64,000 nt of DNA from an uncultured Brevinematales bacterium (GTDB lineage: Bacteria > Spirochaetota > Brevinematia > Brevinematales > CAYRWR01). Of this stretch, positions 19,507-28,899 are shown piece after piece (within the stretch, counting starts at the first letter, position 1; the number at the start of each line of letters is the position of its first letter). The notes beneath the pieces were generated by a model. The model did not search any database. It had not been told where the DNA came from and was given only the letters and a program-made list of their open reading frames with translations. The translations under genes were made by a program, and so were the position numbers. The stretch covers positions 18,704 through 82,703 of the forward strand of contig CAZIAD010000011.1 of assembly GCA_964537555.1 (NCBI GenBank), written 5' to 3'.

Positions 19507-19542
19507 TCCAGCTCCTATGGATCGAACAAATACTATCTCATT

Positions 19543-21636
19543 CTATAATTGAGACAGATAATTATCAACCTTTTCCATATTTTTATACTTCGGAAACTTA
19601 TTCTTTAATTCCTGGAAGACAGTCCTGGCGTCTTCCAGCTGATTTAATTTTACATAACTTTCACCCAGCCTGAAATAGACTTCTGCGTCATTGCCCCCCA
19701 GTTTTTTGGCCTTACTATAATACTTGGAGGAATTAGCATAATCTTTCTGATTATAATAAATACCCGCCAGTTCATTCATAGTATCGAGATCTCCGGGGTT
19801 AATGTTTAAGGCTTTTTCATAAGACTCTAAAGCACTATCCACCAGGCCGCTCTTGGAGTACACATCTCCCATGCCCTTGTAGCCCACATCAGAGTTGGGA
19901 TTTAAGTTTACGGTCTGTTTAAAGTTTATCAGGGCCTGGTCATAATTCTGGGTATCCAGATACAGCAAGCCCAGCCCTAAATAGGCATCTATTTCCTGTC
20001 TGTCATAGCTTATCGCTTTATTATAAGCTTTCTGTGCATTATCATAGTCCTTAAGCTCGTAATAGGAATTACCCAGGTTTACATGGGCATCAGAAAAGTT
20101 CTCATTTATACTAATAGATTCCTGGTAATAGCGGATAGCCTCTGAATGCTTGCCATAACGGGCCAGCATCCGGCCGTAATTATAACTGGCCAGATTATTC
20201 TTGCTATTGAGCTGGTAGGCCTTTTCATAACTCTTGAGGGCATTGTTGTATTTTCCCTGCTCTTCATAGGTATTTCCCAGTTTTACATAAGCTTTATCGT
20301 TTTTAGGGTCCGAAGCCACGGCTTTTTCCAGGAATTTGGCAGCTGTGTCAAATTTGCGGTTGGCATAATAGATAAAGCCGGCATTGACCAGGGCTTTGGC
20401 ATGGTCCGGCTCCAGGTTTATGGTCTTCTGGAAACTTTGAAGCGCCGCATTGTCATTGTTCAGGTTCTGGTAAGATAATCCCAGATTATAGTAGGCTTTG
20501 ACATGTTTGGAATCTATGGAAACACATTTTTCAAATTCATTTTTAGCGGTAGTATAATCCTTTCTCAGGTATGCCAGTACTCCCAGCAGATAATGAGCAT
20601 CCGCATTGTCGGAATCACCTTTAATGGCCTGTTTCAGAGACTCTTCTGCTTCTTCCTTGAGGCCTTTGTCATAAAAGATCTTTCCCTGGGTATAGTGGGC
20701 CGTAGAATTATAGGGGTCTTTCTGAAGGGCATCCCGGCTCAGTTTCAGAGCTTTATCGGTATTTCCTTTATAATAATTGGCCAGAGCATCATTACTGTCT
20801 GCATCAGCATTGTCCCGGTCCAGTTTTCGGGCTTTCCCAAACTCATTGATAGCATCATCAAAATAGCCGCTTCTGACCAGTTTTTTACCATTTTCTATAT
20901 GCTGCCGGGCTTTTTCTTTGGGGTCTGTGACATTAAGGGGATCCACTATATCCGGTTTCTTATCCTGCTGCTTTATGGTAGTGTTATTGCCTTTATCAAT
21001 CTCACTGGAGTTATTCTTCTGGACTATAATAGTGGTATTGCCCTGCTGGCCGTCCTTCTGCTGCTCCTGCAGCTGTTTCACCCTTTCCATAAGGTTTTTC
21101 ACACGGGGGTCAGTGGGATCTTTTTCATAAGCCTGAGTCAGCTTATCTATCGCTTTGTCTAAAAAACCATTTTCGATGAGCACTTCAGCGGAACGGATCA
21201 GCTTATCCATAGAGTTATTGGACAGTATCCCCACAGACCCCACGCCCAGCCCCAGCAGCAGGATCAGGAACCACAGCAGGCCTCTGCGCTTCGCCTTTTT
21301 CTTATCATTGTCCGCAGTGCTGTTGGCAGGAGAAAGTTTAGTGTATGTCTGGGCTTTTTTTGGTGCAGGCTGGCTTTTTTTTGTAGTAGTCTTATTGCTG
21401 CTTTTTTTACTTGACGGGCCTGATGCAGGTGGTTTAGAAGCACTTTTGCTAGTTTGCCCGGGGGCAGTCTTTCCAGCCGTAGTTTTGGCTGAAGCATTTG
21501 TTGATGGTTTTGAGGCATTAGCCTGAGGACGGACGGGCTTAGCCGGTGCCTTTTTACCAGTCTGGCTTGACGTTGCAGATGCAGACTTGCCGGTACTTTT
21601 CTTTACTGTCTTCTTTTCTTTTTCATTGGAGGGCAT
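19543..21636 (-). CDS. TPR-repeat protein with Lys/Ser/Pro/Thr-rich N-terminal tail and one TM segment
   Basis: ~115-aa low-complexity N-terminus, TM LLWFLILLLGLGVGSVGIL, then more than 10 TPR-like units (AHYLLGVLAYLRKDY, AYYNLGLSYQNLNN, AHVNLGNSYYELKDY). Confidence 0.7.
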   Translation of the reverse strand: MPSNEKEKKTVKKSTGKSASATSSQTGKKAPAKPVRPQANASKPSTNASAKTTAGKTAPGQTSKSASKPPASGPSSKKSSNKTTTKKSQPAPKKAQTYTKLSPANSTADNDKKKAKRRGLLWFLILLLGLGVGSVGILSNNSMDKLIRSAEVLIENGFLDKAIDKLTQAYEKDPTDPRVKNLMERVKQLQEQQKDGQQGNTTIIVQKNNSSEIDKGNNTTIKQQDKKPDIVDPLNVTDPKEKARQHIENGKKLVRSGYFDDAINEFGKARKLDRDNADADSNDALANYYKGNTDKALKLSRDALQKDPYNSTAHYTQGKIFYDKGLKEEAEESLKQAIKGDSDNADAHYLLGVLAYLRKDYTTAKNEFEKCVSIDSKHVKAYYNLGLSYQNLNNDNAALQSFQKTINLEPDHAKALVNAGFIYYANRKFDTAAKFLEKAVASDPKNDKAYVKLGNTYEEQGKYNNALKSYEKAYQLNSKNNLASYNYGRMLARYGKHSEAIRYYQESISINENFSDAHVNLGNSYYELKDYDNAQKAYNKAISYDRQEIDAYLGLGLLYLDTQNYDQALINFKQTVNLNPNSDVGYKGMGDVYSKSGLVDSALESYEKALNINPGDLDTMNELAGIYYNQKDYANSSKYYSKAKKLGGNDAEVYFRLGESYVKLNQLEDARTVFQELKNKFPKYKNMEKVDNYLSQL

Positions 21637-21646
21637 CTGGATCTCC

Positions 21647-22330
21647 TTACATTTCTAATTCTTCTAACTCTGTGTCTTCGGCTTTTCCTTTATCTTCCAG
21701 TTCTACTTTGTCCAGCACCCCTTCAATATTGACCAGGTCTATATCATTTTTACGCTCAGTATTTTTCTTAGATGGATCCTCCGGGAACTGAAAGCCTTCC
21801 GCTTTTAACAGGGCCAGGGCTCTTCTGATATTATCACTCTGGGGCCCGCCAGGAGCCAGAGCCAGATAATTCTCCCATGATTCTATAGTCAGGGCTTTGT
21901 CCCTCAGTTCGTAATAGGCCATTCCCTTGAGCCAAAAGCTCTCTACCCGGGACGAGTTCACGGCATAGGCATCATCAAAATACCTGATAGAATTGGTGTA
22001 ATCCCGGAGATGGTAATAGGAATTGCCCAGGTTAAATAACAGCACTGACTGCAGGTCGGAACTGACATCCATTTCCAGGGCGATCTTATAGTGCATGGCC
22101 CCTTTTTCAAAACTCTGACTGGCCACCAGGGCATTTCCCAGGTAAAAATACACTTCGGGGGTCTTATAATCCAAAGAAAGGGCTTTTTTAAAGGACCCGA
22201 TAGACAGGAGGAACTTTTGCTGTTTATAAAATTCCATAGCGTTTTTGAACTCCAGCTTCCCTTCAGGGCTCTGCGGATAGACAATATTAAGTGAGACAAG
22301 CAAAGAAAAGAGCAGCATCAGCTTTTTCAT
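21647..22330 (-). CDS. Secreted TPR-repeat protein
   Basis: Signal peptide MKKLMLLFSLLVSLNIVYPQ; TPR-like units (VYFYLGNALVASQS, LLFNLGNSYYHLRDY). Its stop lies 10 nt before the next TPR gene start. Confidence 0.65.
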   Translation of the reverse strand: MKKLMLLFSLLVSLNIVYPQSPEGKLEFKNAMEFYKQQKFLLSIGSFKKALSLDYKTPEVYFYLGNALVASQSFEKGAMHYKIALEMDVSSDLQSVLLFNLGNSYYHLRDYTNSIRYFDDAYAVNSSRVESFWLKGMAYYELRDKALTIESWENYLALAPGGPQSDNIRRALALLKAEGFQFPEDPSKKNTERKNDIDLVNIEGVLDKVELEDKGKAEDTELEELEM

Positions 22331-22444
22331 AATATTCCCTGTTCTTTCTTTAAATAATATATCGGCATTTTTTATATTTTTAAAAAGACTTAATTAAAAA
22401 GTTTTATCATATATTATAGCACAATTACTGATGAGGTAAAGAAT

Positions 22445-23140
22445 TTAATTGAAAGTCGGCAAATAACTGAATGGATATACCGGATTATTAATGATAGTGC
22501 CGTCCCCGCCCAGATATTTGAGGGCTTTTTCCCCGGTATAAAAATACACCGCATCAATAGTACTGAACTGCGCCGCAGTATAAACGATCTGATATATCTG
22601 TACCTGGTAACCCAGCCTGCCGTAAGAATTAAATTCAAACTCTGTACTGAGGTGTATGTGTGCAATACGGTCCTTAACATATATCTTCAATATCCGGCTA
22701 TTATAGGGAATAAGATTAAACAGGTCTCCCTTTGTAGGATAAGTGAGCAGAATTTCCAAAGTCTGGCTGAGGGGCTTGTCGGGGCTGGCAATGCTGATCT
22801 CTAGCGGCACCAGCCGCACTCCCTCTTCCTCCTGCCGGGCCATAAAGATCTTTACTTTGCTGCTCCCTGTGACTGCAGGCGGGTCATTTTTCACCTGAGC
22901 CGGGGGAGTATCATTTTTTTTGGTGAAATTGGATGCTATTTTTTCAATGGGGTGCTTATCAAACAGCTTAGTGGAGTTGGTACGATTGAGCAGCTTATTA
23001 AAACCGCCACTGCCTCTATTGGAAGCGGTGTAGGAAATAAAAAAAGCGATAAGTGCACCGGTTAAAATCCAGATCAGAGGGGTATACTTGCCGCTTTTTT
23101 TTCTACGTCTCCTGCGAGGCGCGGGTGTTTTTCCTGCCAT
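22445..23140 (-). CDS. GerMN-domain membrane-anchored protein
   Basis: Arg-rich N-terminus plus TM LIWILTGALIAFFISY. The C-terminal LSQTLEILLTYPTKGDLFNLIPYNSRILKIYVKDRIAHIHLSTEF...QIVYTAAQFSTIDAVYFYTGEKALKYLGGDG resembles the GerMN pattern. Confidence 0.5.
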   Translation of the reverse strand: MAGKTPAPRRRRRKKSGKYTPLIWILTGALIAFFISYTASNRGSGGFNKLLNRTNSTKLFDKHPIEKIASNFTKKNDTPPAQVKNDPPAVTGSSKVKIFMARQEEEGVRLVPLEISIASPDKPLSQTLEILLTYPTKGDLFNLIPYNSRILKIYVKDRIAHIHLSTEFEFNSYGRLGYQVQIYQIVYTAAQFSTIDAVYFYTGEKALKYLGGDGTIINNPVYPFSYLPTFN

Positions 23141-23144
23141 TATT

Positions 23145-23612
23145 CTAAGATATTTCCTCTTCTTTTTGTAATAAAAGGTCGTAAAATGCCTTACTGGAGC
23201 TGACTTTGTTTACGGCGCTGGACAGATCAGTCTTTTCATACATTTCAGCTATAATGCGCAGCACTTCCAGCTGCTCATGAGGGCTGTATTCATCAGACGC
23301 TATAGCCGTAAAGAATATGGTAGAGGGCTGCTTGTCATAAGCATCAAAGTCTTTGCCTTCTTTGTCGAAGACCACAACCAGGTGCATACCATCCACTCTG
23401 GGGCTGCGCCCATGAGGAATGGCCAGGCCATTACCCACTCCGGTGGAGCCTTTTTTCTCACGTTCTGAGATAGCTTTATAGGCATCTTTTTTATCGATTC
23501 CAGGATGGGTAGCAGATATGAACTCCGCCAGTTCCATCATGATCTCATCTTTATTCTTTCCGTTTAAACCGATTTTAACATATTCAGGCTTTAATAGCTC
23601 GACCAGCTTCAT
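23145..23612 (-). CDS. ptsN: PTS EIIA(Ntr)-type nitrogen regulatory protein
   Basis: 155 aa. LLKPEYVKIGLNGKNKDEIMMELAE ... EREKKGSTGVGNGLAIPHGR contains the conserved phospho-His motif of EIIA type 2 / PtsN. Confidence 0.75.
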   Translation of the reverse strand: MKLVELLKPEYVKIGLNGKNKDEIMMELAEFISATHPGIDKKDAYKAISEREKKGSTGVGNGLAIPHGRSPRVDGMHLVVVFDKEGKDFDAYDKQPSTIFFTAIASDEYSPHEQLEVLRIIAEMYEKTDLSSAVNKVSSSKAFYDLLLQKEEEIS

Positions 23613-23706
23613 GCCATCCTCCCGGACTCTGCTTATTTGTATAAAATATTATAGCGAAGAACCCCATAAAATACAACTCAAAGATGCTTTTTTTTCACTT
23701 TAAATC

Positions 23707-25440
23707 TTAAATCTGGTTATCAATTTTTACCTTGGTCCCCACCAGAGAAGATCCGTAAAAATCAAAAAATTCTTTCAGGGAATGCAGGTGTTTAATGTTC
23801 TGTACCAGAGCGGTCTCATGCATTTTATAAAAGAAATTTTCCCCATCCAGAAAATCCTCTATTTTTTTCATGGATATCGATTTTCTTTCACAGAATTGCT
23901 TTATCTCTTTGGCGGTATCCGCATCAAAGACCAGGAAAGTATGAGGCTCCACTTCGATTACCTTGTTTTTAAAGTTGTCTTTTATCTGAATAGAATCCTG
24001 GCTGCCCACCTGTATGATGCTGTATTCTTTCATGTTTTTGATATCCAGGTTGTTTATGAAGTTTTCTATTCCTCCGACCACATTATCAGGCAGGTCGTGC
24101 CGGCTGTGCTCTCTCAGAAATTCCAGTATTTCATTTTTATCTATACCATAGGCAAAAGCTCTATAAATAGACTCCTTGGTGATCTTAAAGATAGAAATGG
24201 TCTGAATCGTGACCGGTTCCACCATGAGGGCTAGTTTAAATAATATGTCTGGCCGTAAATAGGGCTCCACTATTACTTCATAATTGGCTTCGACAATAAA
24301 TTTCTGTTCGCAAAACCTCTCATCAAAATCCATGTTATTCAGTAAAGAGGTGTGCGGTTCATTCATGATTACCGCGTCTGTAGCAATAGAAATCATCCCT
24401 TCTCTTTTCCGTTTTATGGCCACTATATTTTCAGTCTCCAGGGTCTTCAGGAAAAAGGTGAATTTTAATTCTTCCTGCTGCAATAATACCCTGAGGTTCT
24501 TGGCTTCATTTTTAAGCAGGAGATAGACCTCGTTATTAAGATAATAATAAAACAGCTCCCTCAGAGAAATACCGGCAGCCTGATTGGCCAGGATCTTGAG
24601 GGTCATAAAATAGCTCTTTTTAAAATCAAATTTATCCATAAAATCAAACAGGAACACGATAAACAGCTGCTCGTTCACAGATAAAGACAGGATTTTTTCC
24701 ATGATGCTGCGGTTTATGACGATACGGTTATTCAGCTTTTCAAAGAAGCCAAAACGGGAAAATTTCTTAATGATCTGCTCTATTCTCTCCCGGGGTGCAA
24801 AGTCCGAAAACAGGTCCACCATTTTTACAAAATCTATCTTATGGATCTCATTGGTCTCCGAACTGCGGGGGGAATAGGTGACCACATAGGAAATAAGGCC
24901 GGACAACAGCCCGATATACTGATCGGTAGGCAGGCTTTCCTGAATGTCCTGCACCCCTTCATCGTGCTCAAAATCTATATCTTCCCGTAAGCGGGAGGCG
25001 ATCTGTTTTAAAAAAATGGGGGGGGAAAACAGGAGATTGTATCTTTTGAGGCGCTCGTATTTATAGATCAGAAACTTTTCCAGTAAAGTATCCACTGCTT
25101 TTCTCAGTTCTTTATACTTTACCCGGAATACATGGGAGATGATATTTATGGTAGAATCTACTTCATCATATACTATCCAGCCAAAGCTGTTATCCATGAT
25201 ATACAGCAACAGTTTTTCATTCTCATCCAGTGTGTCATAAATCATTTCCCAGTTTGAGACCACATAATCTGAGACCTGCCTCAGGCGTTCTTCATTCTCT
25301 TCACTGTCAAATGACACCTCTACCTCTGTGTCCAGAAAATGTCCTACGATCTTCTTGACCAGATTAGGCTCTTCATTTATCATCCAGTCCAGAACTGCTC
25401 CGTTAGAAATCGTCAATGATTCTCCGCTACCCTTCAACAT
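23707..25440 (-). CDS. Large helicase-associated protein (candidate XPB partner with p52/Tfb2-like C-terminal module)
   Basis: Starts 19 nt after the XPB helicase stop. ITKESIYRAFAYGIDKNEILEFLREHSRHDLPDNVVGGIENFINN resembles, from memory, the Helicase_C_3 domain seen next to bacterial XPB genes. Confidence 0.45.
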   Translation of the reverse strand: MLKGSGESLTISNGAVLDWMINEEPNLVKKIVGHFLDTEVEVSFDSEENEERLRQVSDYVVSNWEMIYDTLDENEKLLLYIMDNSFGWIVYDEVDSTINIISHVFRVKYKELRKAVDTLLEKFLIYKYERLKRYNLLFSPPIFLKQIASRLREDIDFEHDEGVQDIQESLPTDQYIGLLSGLISYVVTYSPRSSETNEIHKIDFVKMVDLFSDFAPRERIEQIIKKFSRFGFFEKLNNRIVINRSIMEKILSLSVNEQLFIVFLFDFMDKFDFKKSYFMTLKILANQAAGISLRELFYYYLNNEVYLLLKNEAKNLRVLLQQEELKFTFFLKTLETENIVAIKRKREGMISIATDAVIMNEPHTSLLNNMDFDERFCEQKFIVEANYEVIVEPYLRPDILFKLALMVEPVTIQTISIFKITKESIYRAFAYGIDKNEILEFLREHSRHDLPDNVVGGIENFINNLDIKNMKEYSIIQVGSQDSIQIKDNFKNKVIEVEPHTFLVFDADTAKEIKQFCERKSISMKKIEDFLDGENFFYKMHETALVQNIKHLHSLKEFFDFYGSSLVGTKVKIDNQI

Positions 25441-25458
25441 AAATCACTCCAATACATT

Positions 25459-27159
25459 TTATAATCCGGCCAGACCCATGACTTCTGCTTTTACTTCCTT
25501 AATTTCCAGATCTTCTTTTAAATAATCAATTATATTATATTTATAACCCTGTTCCAGAAGGAACATCTGCCTCTTCCTGGAAAAATCTTCTTCTACTGTA
25601 TCCCGGGAAACCAGGGCATAAAAGAATGAGTGCTCTGAGTTGGGACGTAAAATCCGGCCCAGCCTCTGTGCTTCTTCCTGACGCGACCCGAACACCCCGG
25701 ATATCTGAATGGCCACGTCAGCATCAGGCAGATCTATAGAAAAATTCCCCACCTTGGATATGACCAGTATGTTGATCCTGCCCTGACGAAAGTCATCAAA
25801 AATCACAGCCCGTTCCTGGTTGGGAGTATTCCCGGTAATGAGGGGGCACTGCAGGCGGTGGGCGATCTCCTTAAGCTGGTCCAGGTAATGCCCGATGATC
25901 AATATATGATTGTTCTTATGCTTTTTGATCAGTTTTTTTACCAGGCCTATTTTAGCCGCGTTTTCGCTGGCAATGCGAAACTTAATACGGTTCCCGGTAT
26001 TGCGGTAGGCTTCCATCTGAATGGGAGAGAGAGGTACTCTGATCTCATAGCAGAAGGCCTGTGAGATCCAGCCTTCTTTTTCCAGGGTCTTCCAGGCATA
26101 TTCATAGACCTTGGGGCCGATCAGGGTAAACACTTCTGTCTCCAGATTGTCCTCTCTGACCAGGGTAGCAGTGAGTCCCAGGCGGCGTTTGCTCTGAATA
26201 GCGGTAGTCATACGGAAGATAGGTGCAGGTAGAATATGTACCTCATCATAGATGATCAGGCCCCAGTTCTGACGGGTAAAGATATCCATATTTCTGAAGC
26301 TGGTGTCTCCGGATTTGCGGTAGATCAGCATATTATAGGTAGTGATGGTAACCGGACAGATGGCCTTGTTTTCCCCGGTGTATTCCCCCACCTGGTCTTC
26401 GGTCAGAGTGGTCTTGTCCAGTATCTCCTGGCGCCATTGCTTCACAGAGTCCACACTGGAGGTAATGATAAGGGTGTATTCCTGGATGGCATTCATGACC
26501 CCCAGGCCTACGATAGTCTTGCCTGCACCGCAGGGTAATACAATCACCCCCGAACCTTCTTTCCACATGGAAAAGGAGTAGGCCGCTTCGGACTGATAGT
26601 AACGCAGGGCAAAATCCTTGCCAGTCAGAGTCCTGGCTCTGGTCTGAAATTCCAGCTTATTACCGGTATCATATCCCGCCAGATCCTGTATGGGCACCAG
26701 GTGCTTGATGAGGTCTGCCTTGAGGTTTCCTCTATGTTCCCGTGGCACAATAAATGTGGTCTCGGATTCTTCGACAGTATATTTGGCGGTATACTTTTTG
26801 ATCTTTTCAGCCAGCTTTTTATTCTTTACTTCCAGGCGCAGGTGGTCTTCATCCATCTTATCCAGGATAACCTGCCCATAGGCCAGGTAATGCCGCTTGA
26901 TATATTCAGTCACATTGTTGGGGATGTCGTATTTTTTATACATATCCAGTACTGACAGGATATGCTCCAGAGAGACTCCATTTGCCGCAGCATTCCATAA
27001 TGAAATAGGAGTAATGCGGTATGAATGCATGTGTTCAGGAGTTTTTACTAATTCAGAAAATGTCACAATCCGTTTTCTCACTTCGTCAAAGAACGTGGAG
27101 TGAGTATCTAATAGTATAGTCTTATCAGATTGAATAATAATTGCTTTTTTAATTACCAT
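25459..27159 (-). CDS. XPB/Rad25/Ssl2-type superfamily-2 DNA helicase
   Basis: YQSEAAYSF, Walker A LPCGAGKT, DEVH box, RED motif in GLTATLVREDNLE, motif VI GSRQEEAQRLGRILR. The N-terminal domain (SYRITPISLWNAAANGVSLEHILSVL) is like the XPB damage-recognition domain. Confidence 0.8.
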   Translation of the reverse strand: MVIKKAIIIQSDKTILLDTHSTFFDEVRKRIVTFSELVKTPEHMHSYRITPISLWNAAANGVSLEHILSVLDMYKKYDIPNNVTEYIKRHYLAYGQVILDKMDEDHLRLEVKNKKLAEKIKKYTAKYTVEESETTFIVPREHRGNLKADLIKHLVPIQDLAGYDTGNKLEFQTRARTLTGKDFALRYYQSEAAYSFSMWKEGSGVIVLPCGAGKTIVGLGVMNAIQEYTLIITSSVDSVKQWRQEILDKTTLTEDQVGEYTGENKAICPVTITTYNMLIYRKSGDTSFRNMDIFTRQNWGLIIYDEVHILPAPIFRMTTAIQSKRRLGLTATLVREDNLETEVFTLIGPKVYEYAWKTLEKEGWISQAFCYEIRVPLSPIQMEAYRNTGNRIKFRIASENAAKIGLVKKLIKKHKNNHILIIGHYLDQLKEIAHRLQCPLITGNTPNQERAVIFDDFRQGRINILVISKVGNFSIDLPDADVAIQISGVFGSRQEEAQRLGRILRPNSEHSFFYALVSRDTVEEDFSRKRQMFLLEQGYKYNIIDYLKEDLEIKEVKAEVMGLAGL

Positions 27160-27477
27160 TCCCTTCCTCTACTTATGGATAAATAAAAGGGCTATTTATT
27201 GTAAGGGAACGCACAGTTTATGTCAAGAGAGTGCAGTGTCAAAGCAGCTAAAAACAGATTAAACACCACCCTTCTGTTTCTGTATGCTTTTTTAGAAATG
27301 GTATGTTAAGACGTATATATTTATAAATGTGTTATAAATATCGGATATGTTTTGACAATGCGGATGGTATCAGGAACCCATCAATGGCTGATTTCGTACA
27401 AGAAAATCGTCTTAAAAATAATGATTACTGGCCTCAATATATCTGCACCTGTGTATATTGCTGAGACTATCTTCCTG

Positions 27478-27732
27478 TCAACGTATCTTCATCTGGCGGA
27501 CAGTCACGCCCTTAACCACCCTCAGGCTGGATTCCAGTTCCTGTATGACCGCTTCTTTATCACAAAGATATAGTATGATCAGGCCTTCTTCTTCACAGCT
27601 GGCTCCCCCAGCCTCATGCAGTCCGAATCTGGCATGAATGGAACAGCCGTATTTGGTCAATATCTCCTGAACACGCACCGCCGCTTCGGTTCTCTTGTCG
27701 ATCAGAATCGACATCACAGTTGAACAGTCCAT
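27478..27732 (-). CDS. Small ACT/NikR-C-like protein of the TM1266 type (annotated elsewhere as putative iron-only hydrogenase system regulator)
   Basis: 84 aa. VMSILIDKRTEAAVRVQEILTKYGCSIHARFGLH...GLIILYL..DKEAVIQELESSLRVVKGVTVRQM follows my recollection of the TM1266 family pattern. Confidence 0.45.
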   Translation of the reverse strand: MDCSTVMSILIDKRTEAAVRVQEILTKYGCSIHARFGLHEAGGASCEEEGLIILYLCDKEAVIQELESSLRVVKGVTVRQMKIR

Positions 27733-27795
27733 AATCTCCTCCCTCTATTTTAAATTAATGTTTTACTGTTTATTCTAATCCTGGACGCAGAAGTC

Positions 27796-28890
27796 TCAAA
27801 ACTCTCCGTATTCGCAGCCGCCATATTCACCTTCCAGCTCCGCTATCAGCTGCCAGCCCTGTTTACACTTTTCAAAAAGGCTGATCTCCCCCCGGGCCAG
27901 GCCGCCGTTCCACAATTCAGTATGATGCTTATAACCGTCCGGGTTTTCATAATTGACTTTTAACATAGTGTCCAGGGGGCAGAAAAACTCAAGCTTAAGG
28001 CGATGACGGGCATTACTTACATCGATATCCCAATACATGTTTTTATCATCTCGTCGACAATGAAAGCTTTGCTGATTTCTGATCCAGAAGCGGGAGAAGT
28101 TAAACTCATAGAGTTTTCCTTCCAGAAAGAATGCCACCAGTATTTTTTGATCCAGGCCGTGGCCAAATACCCGAGGCCGGCCGCCCCCCACGTCCAGGCT
28201 GCTATTCTGTAAGAGGCCGGAGCTCCCCTTGTATCTCAGGGTATTACAGTTCAGCCATATCCAGGGATTGGTAAAGTCAGCTCCCCAGTTTTTATCCTGG
28301 TAGCCGCTGCTGCTCCCGGGCCTCACAATATATTCTTCACCATTCCAGGAAATCTTCCCCGAATACTCCGAGAGCATCCCCTGCACATGCCAGTACATCT
28401 CAAAAGCATGGAGTATGCGTGCCAGAGGAGAGGCGCCATAACCTACATTATAGCATAACTTTTTATCTACTGTGAGGTCCCAGCTCAGGCTGCCGCTTTC
28501 ACACATCCACTCCGGATGTTTTTTCAGGTCCTGTGGCCTCACCTCTATCTCCCCCCTCAGGGAAAACTCACTGCAGGACTGAGGCCCTACACTGAATTCG
28601 AGGCGGCTGGGATGGATACAGGCTTCTTCTGTAGGATAAAATCGGTGCAGCTGAGCCGCGTCCTTGCCCCAGGTTCCGCCTTTTATCATGGCATAAGCGG
28701 GCCTGTTCTGCCCCTGTTCCCCAAATACCACAGTGGAGGGAGATACAGCAGGATTGATCATAAAATATTCAAAGAAAAAAGGTTTCTTTTCCCCGGTACG
28801 GGCATGTTCTGCTACCAGGCTGTGCCACCACCAGTCATAACCCCGCCTGGCCAGACGGCCCTGCAGCATAAATCTGTTTCGGTCATCCAT
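27796..28890 (-). CDS. Tocopherol-cyclase-family protein (function unknown in this context)
   Basis: YQDKNWGADFTNPWIWLNCN, MYWHVQGMLSEYSGKISWNGEEY and GGGRPRVFG...LVAFFLEGKLYEFNF parallel my recollection of plant/cyanobacterial VTE1 blocks (EKNWG..FP.KWFW.QCN, PHWQI..A.G..TG.I.W.G, GG.R......G.FYEF). Confidence 0.55.
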   Translation of the reverse strand: MDDRNRFMLQGRLARRGYDWWWHSLVAEHARTGEKKPFFFEYFMINPAVSPSTVVFGEQGQNRPAYAMIKGGTWGKDAAQLHRFYPTEEACIHPSRLEFSVGPQSCSEFSLRGEIEVRPQDLKKHPEWMCESGSLSWDLTVDKKLCYNVGYGASPLARILHAFEMYWHVQGMLSEYSGKISWNGEEYIVRPGSSSGYQDKNWGADFTNPWIWLNCNTLRYKGSSGLLQNSSLDVGGGRPRVFGHGLDQKILVAFFLEGKLYEFNFSRFWIRNQQSFHCRRDDKNMYWDIDVSNARHRLKLEFFCPLDTMLKVNYENPDGYKHHTELWNGGLARGEISLFEKCKQGWQLIAELEGEYGGCEYGEF

Positions 28891-28899
28891 ATTTATGCC

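Noticed and set aside
20503-21162. 219-aa plus-strand ORF
   Set aside because: It is antisense to the 697-aa TPR gene and is a hydrophobic shadow ORF.
27352-27573. 73-aa plus-strand ORF upstream of the XPB helicase
   Set aside because: It overlaps the 3' end of the TM1266-like gene on the opposite strand and lies in AT-rich promoter DNA. No support.
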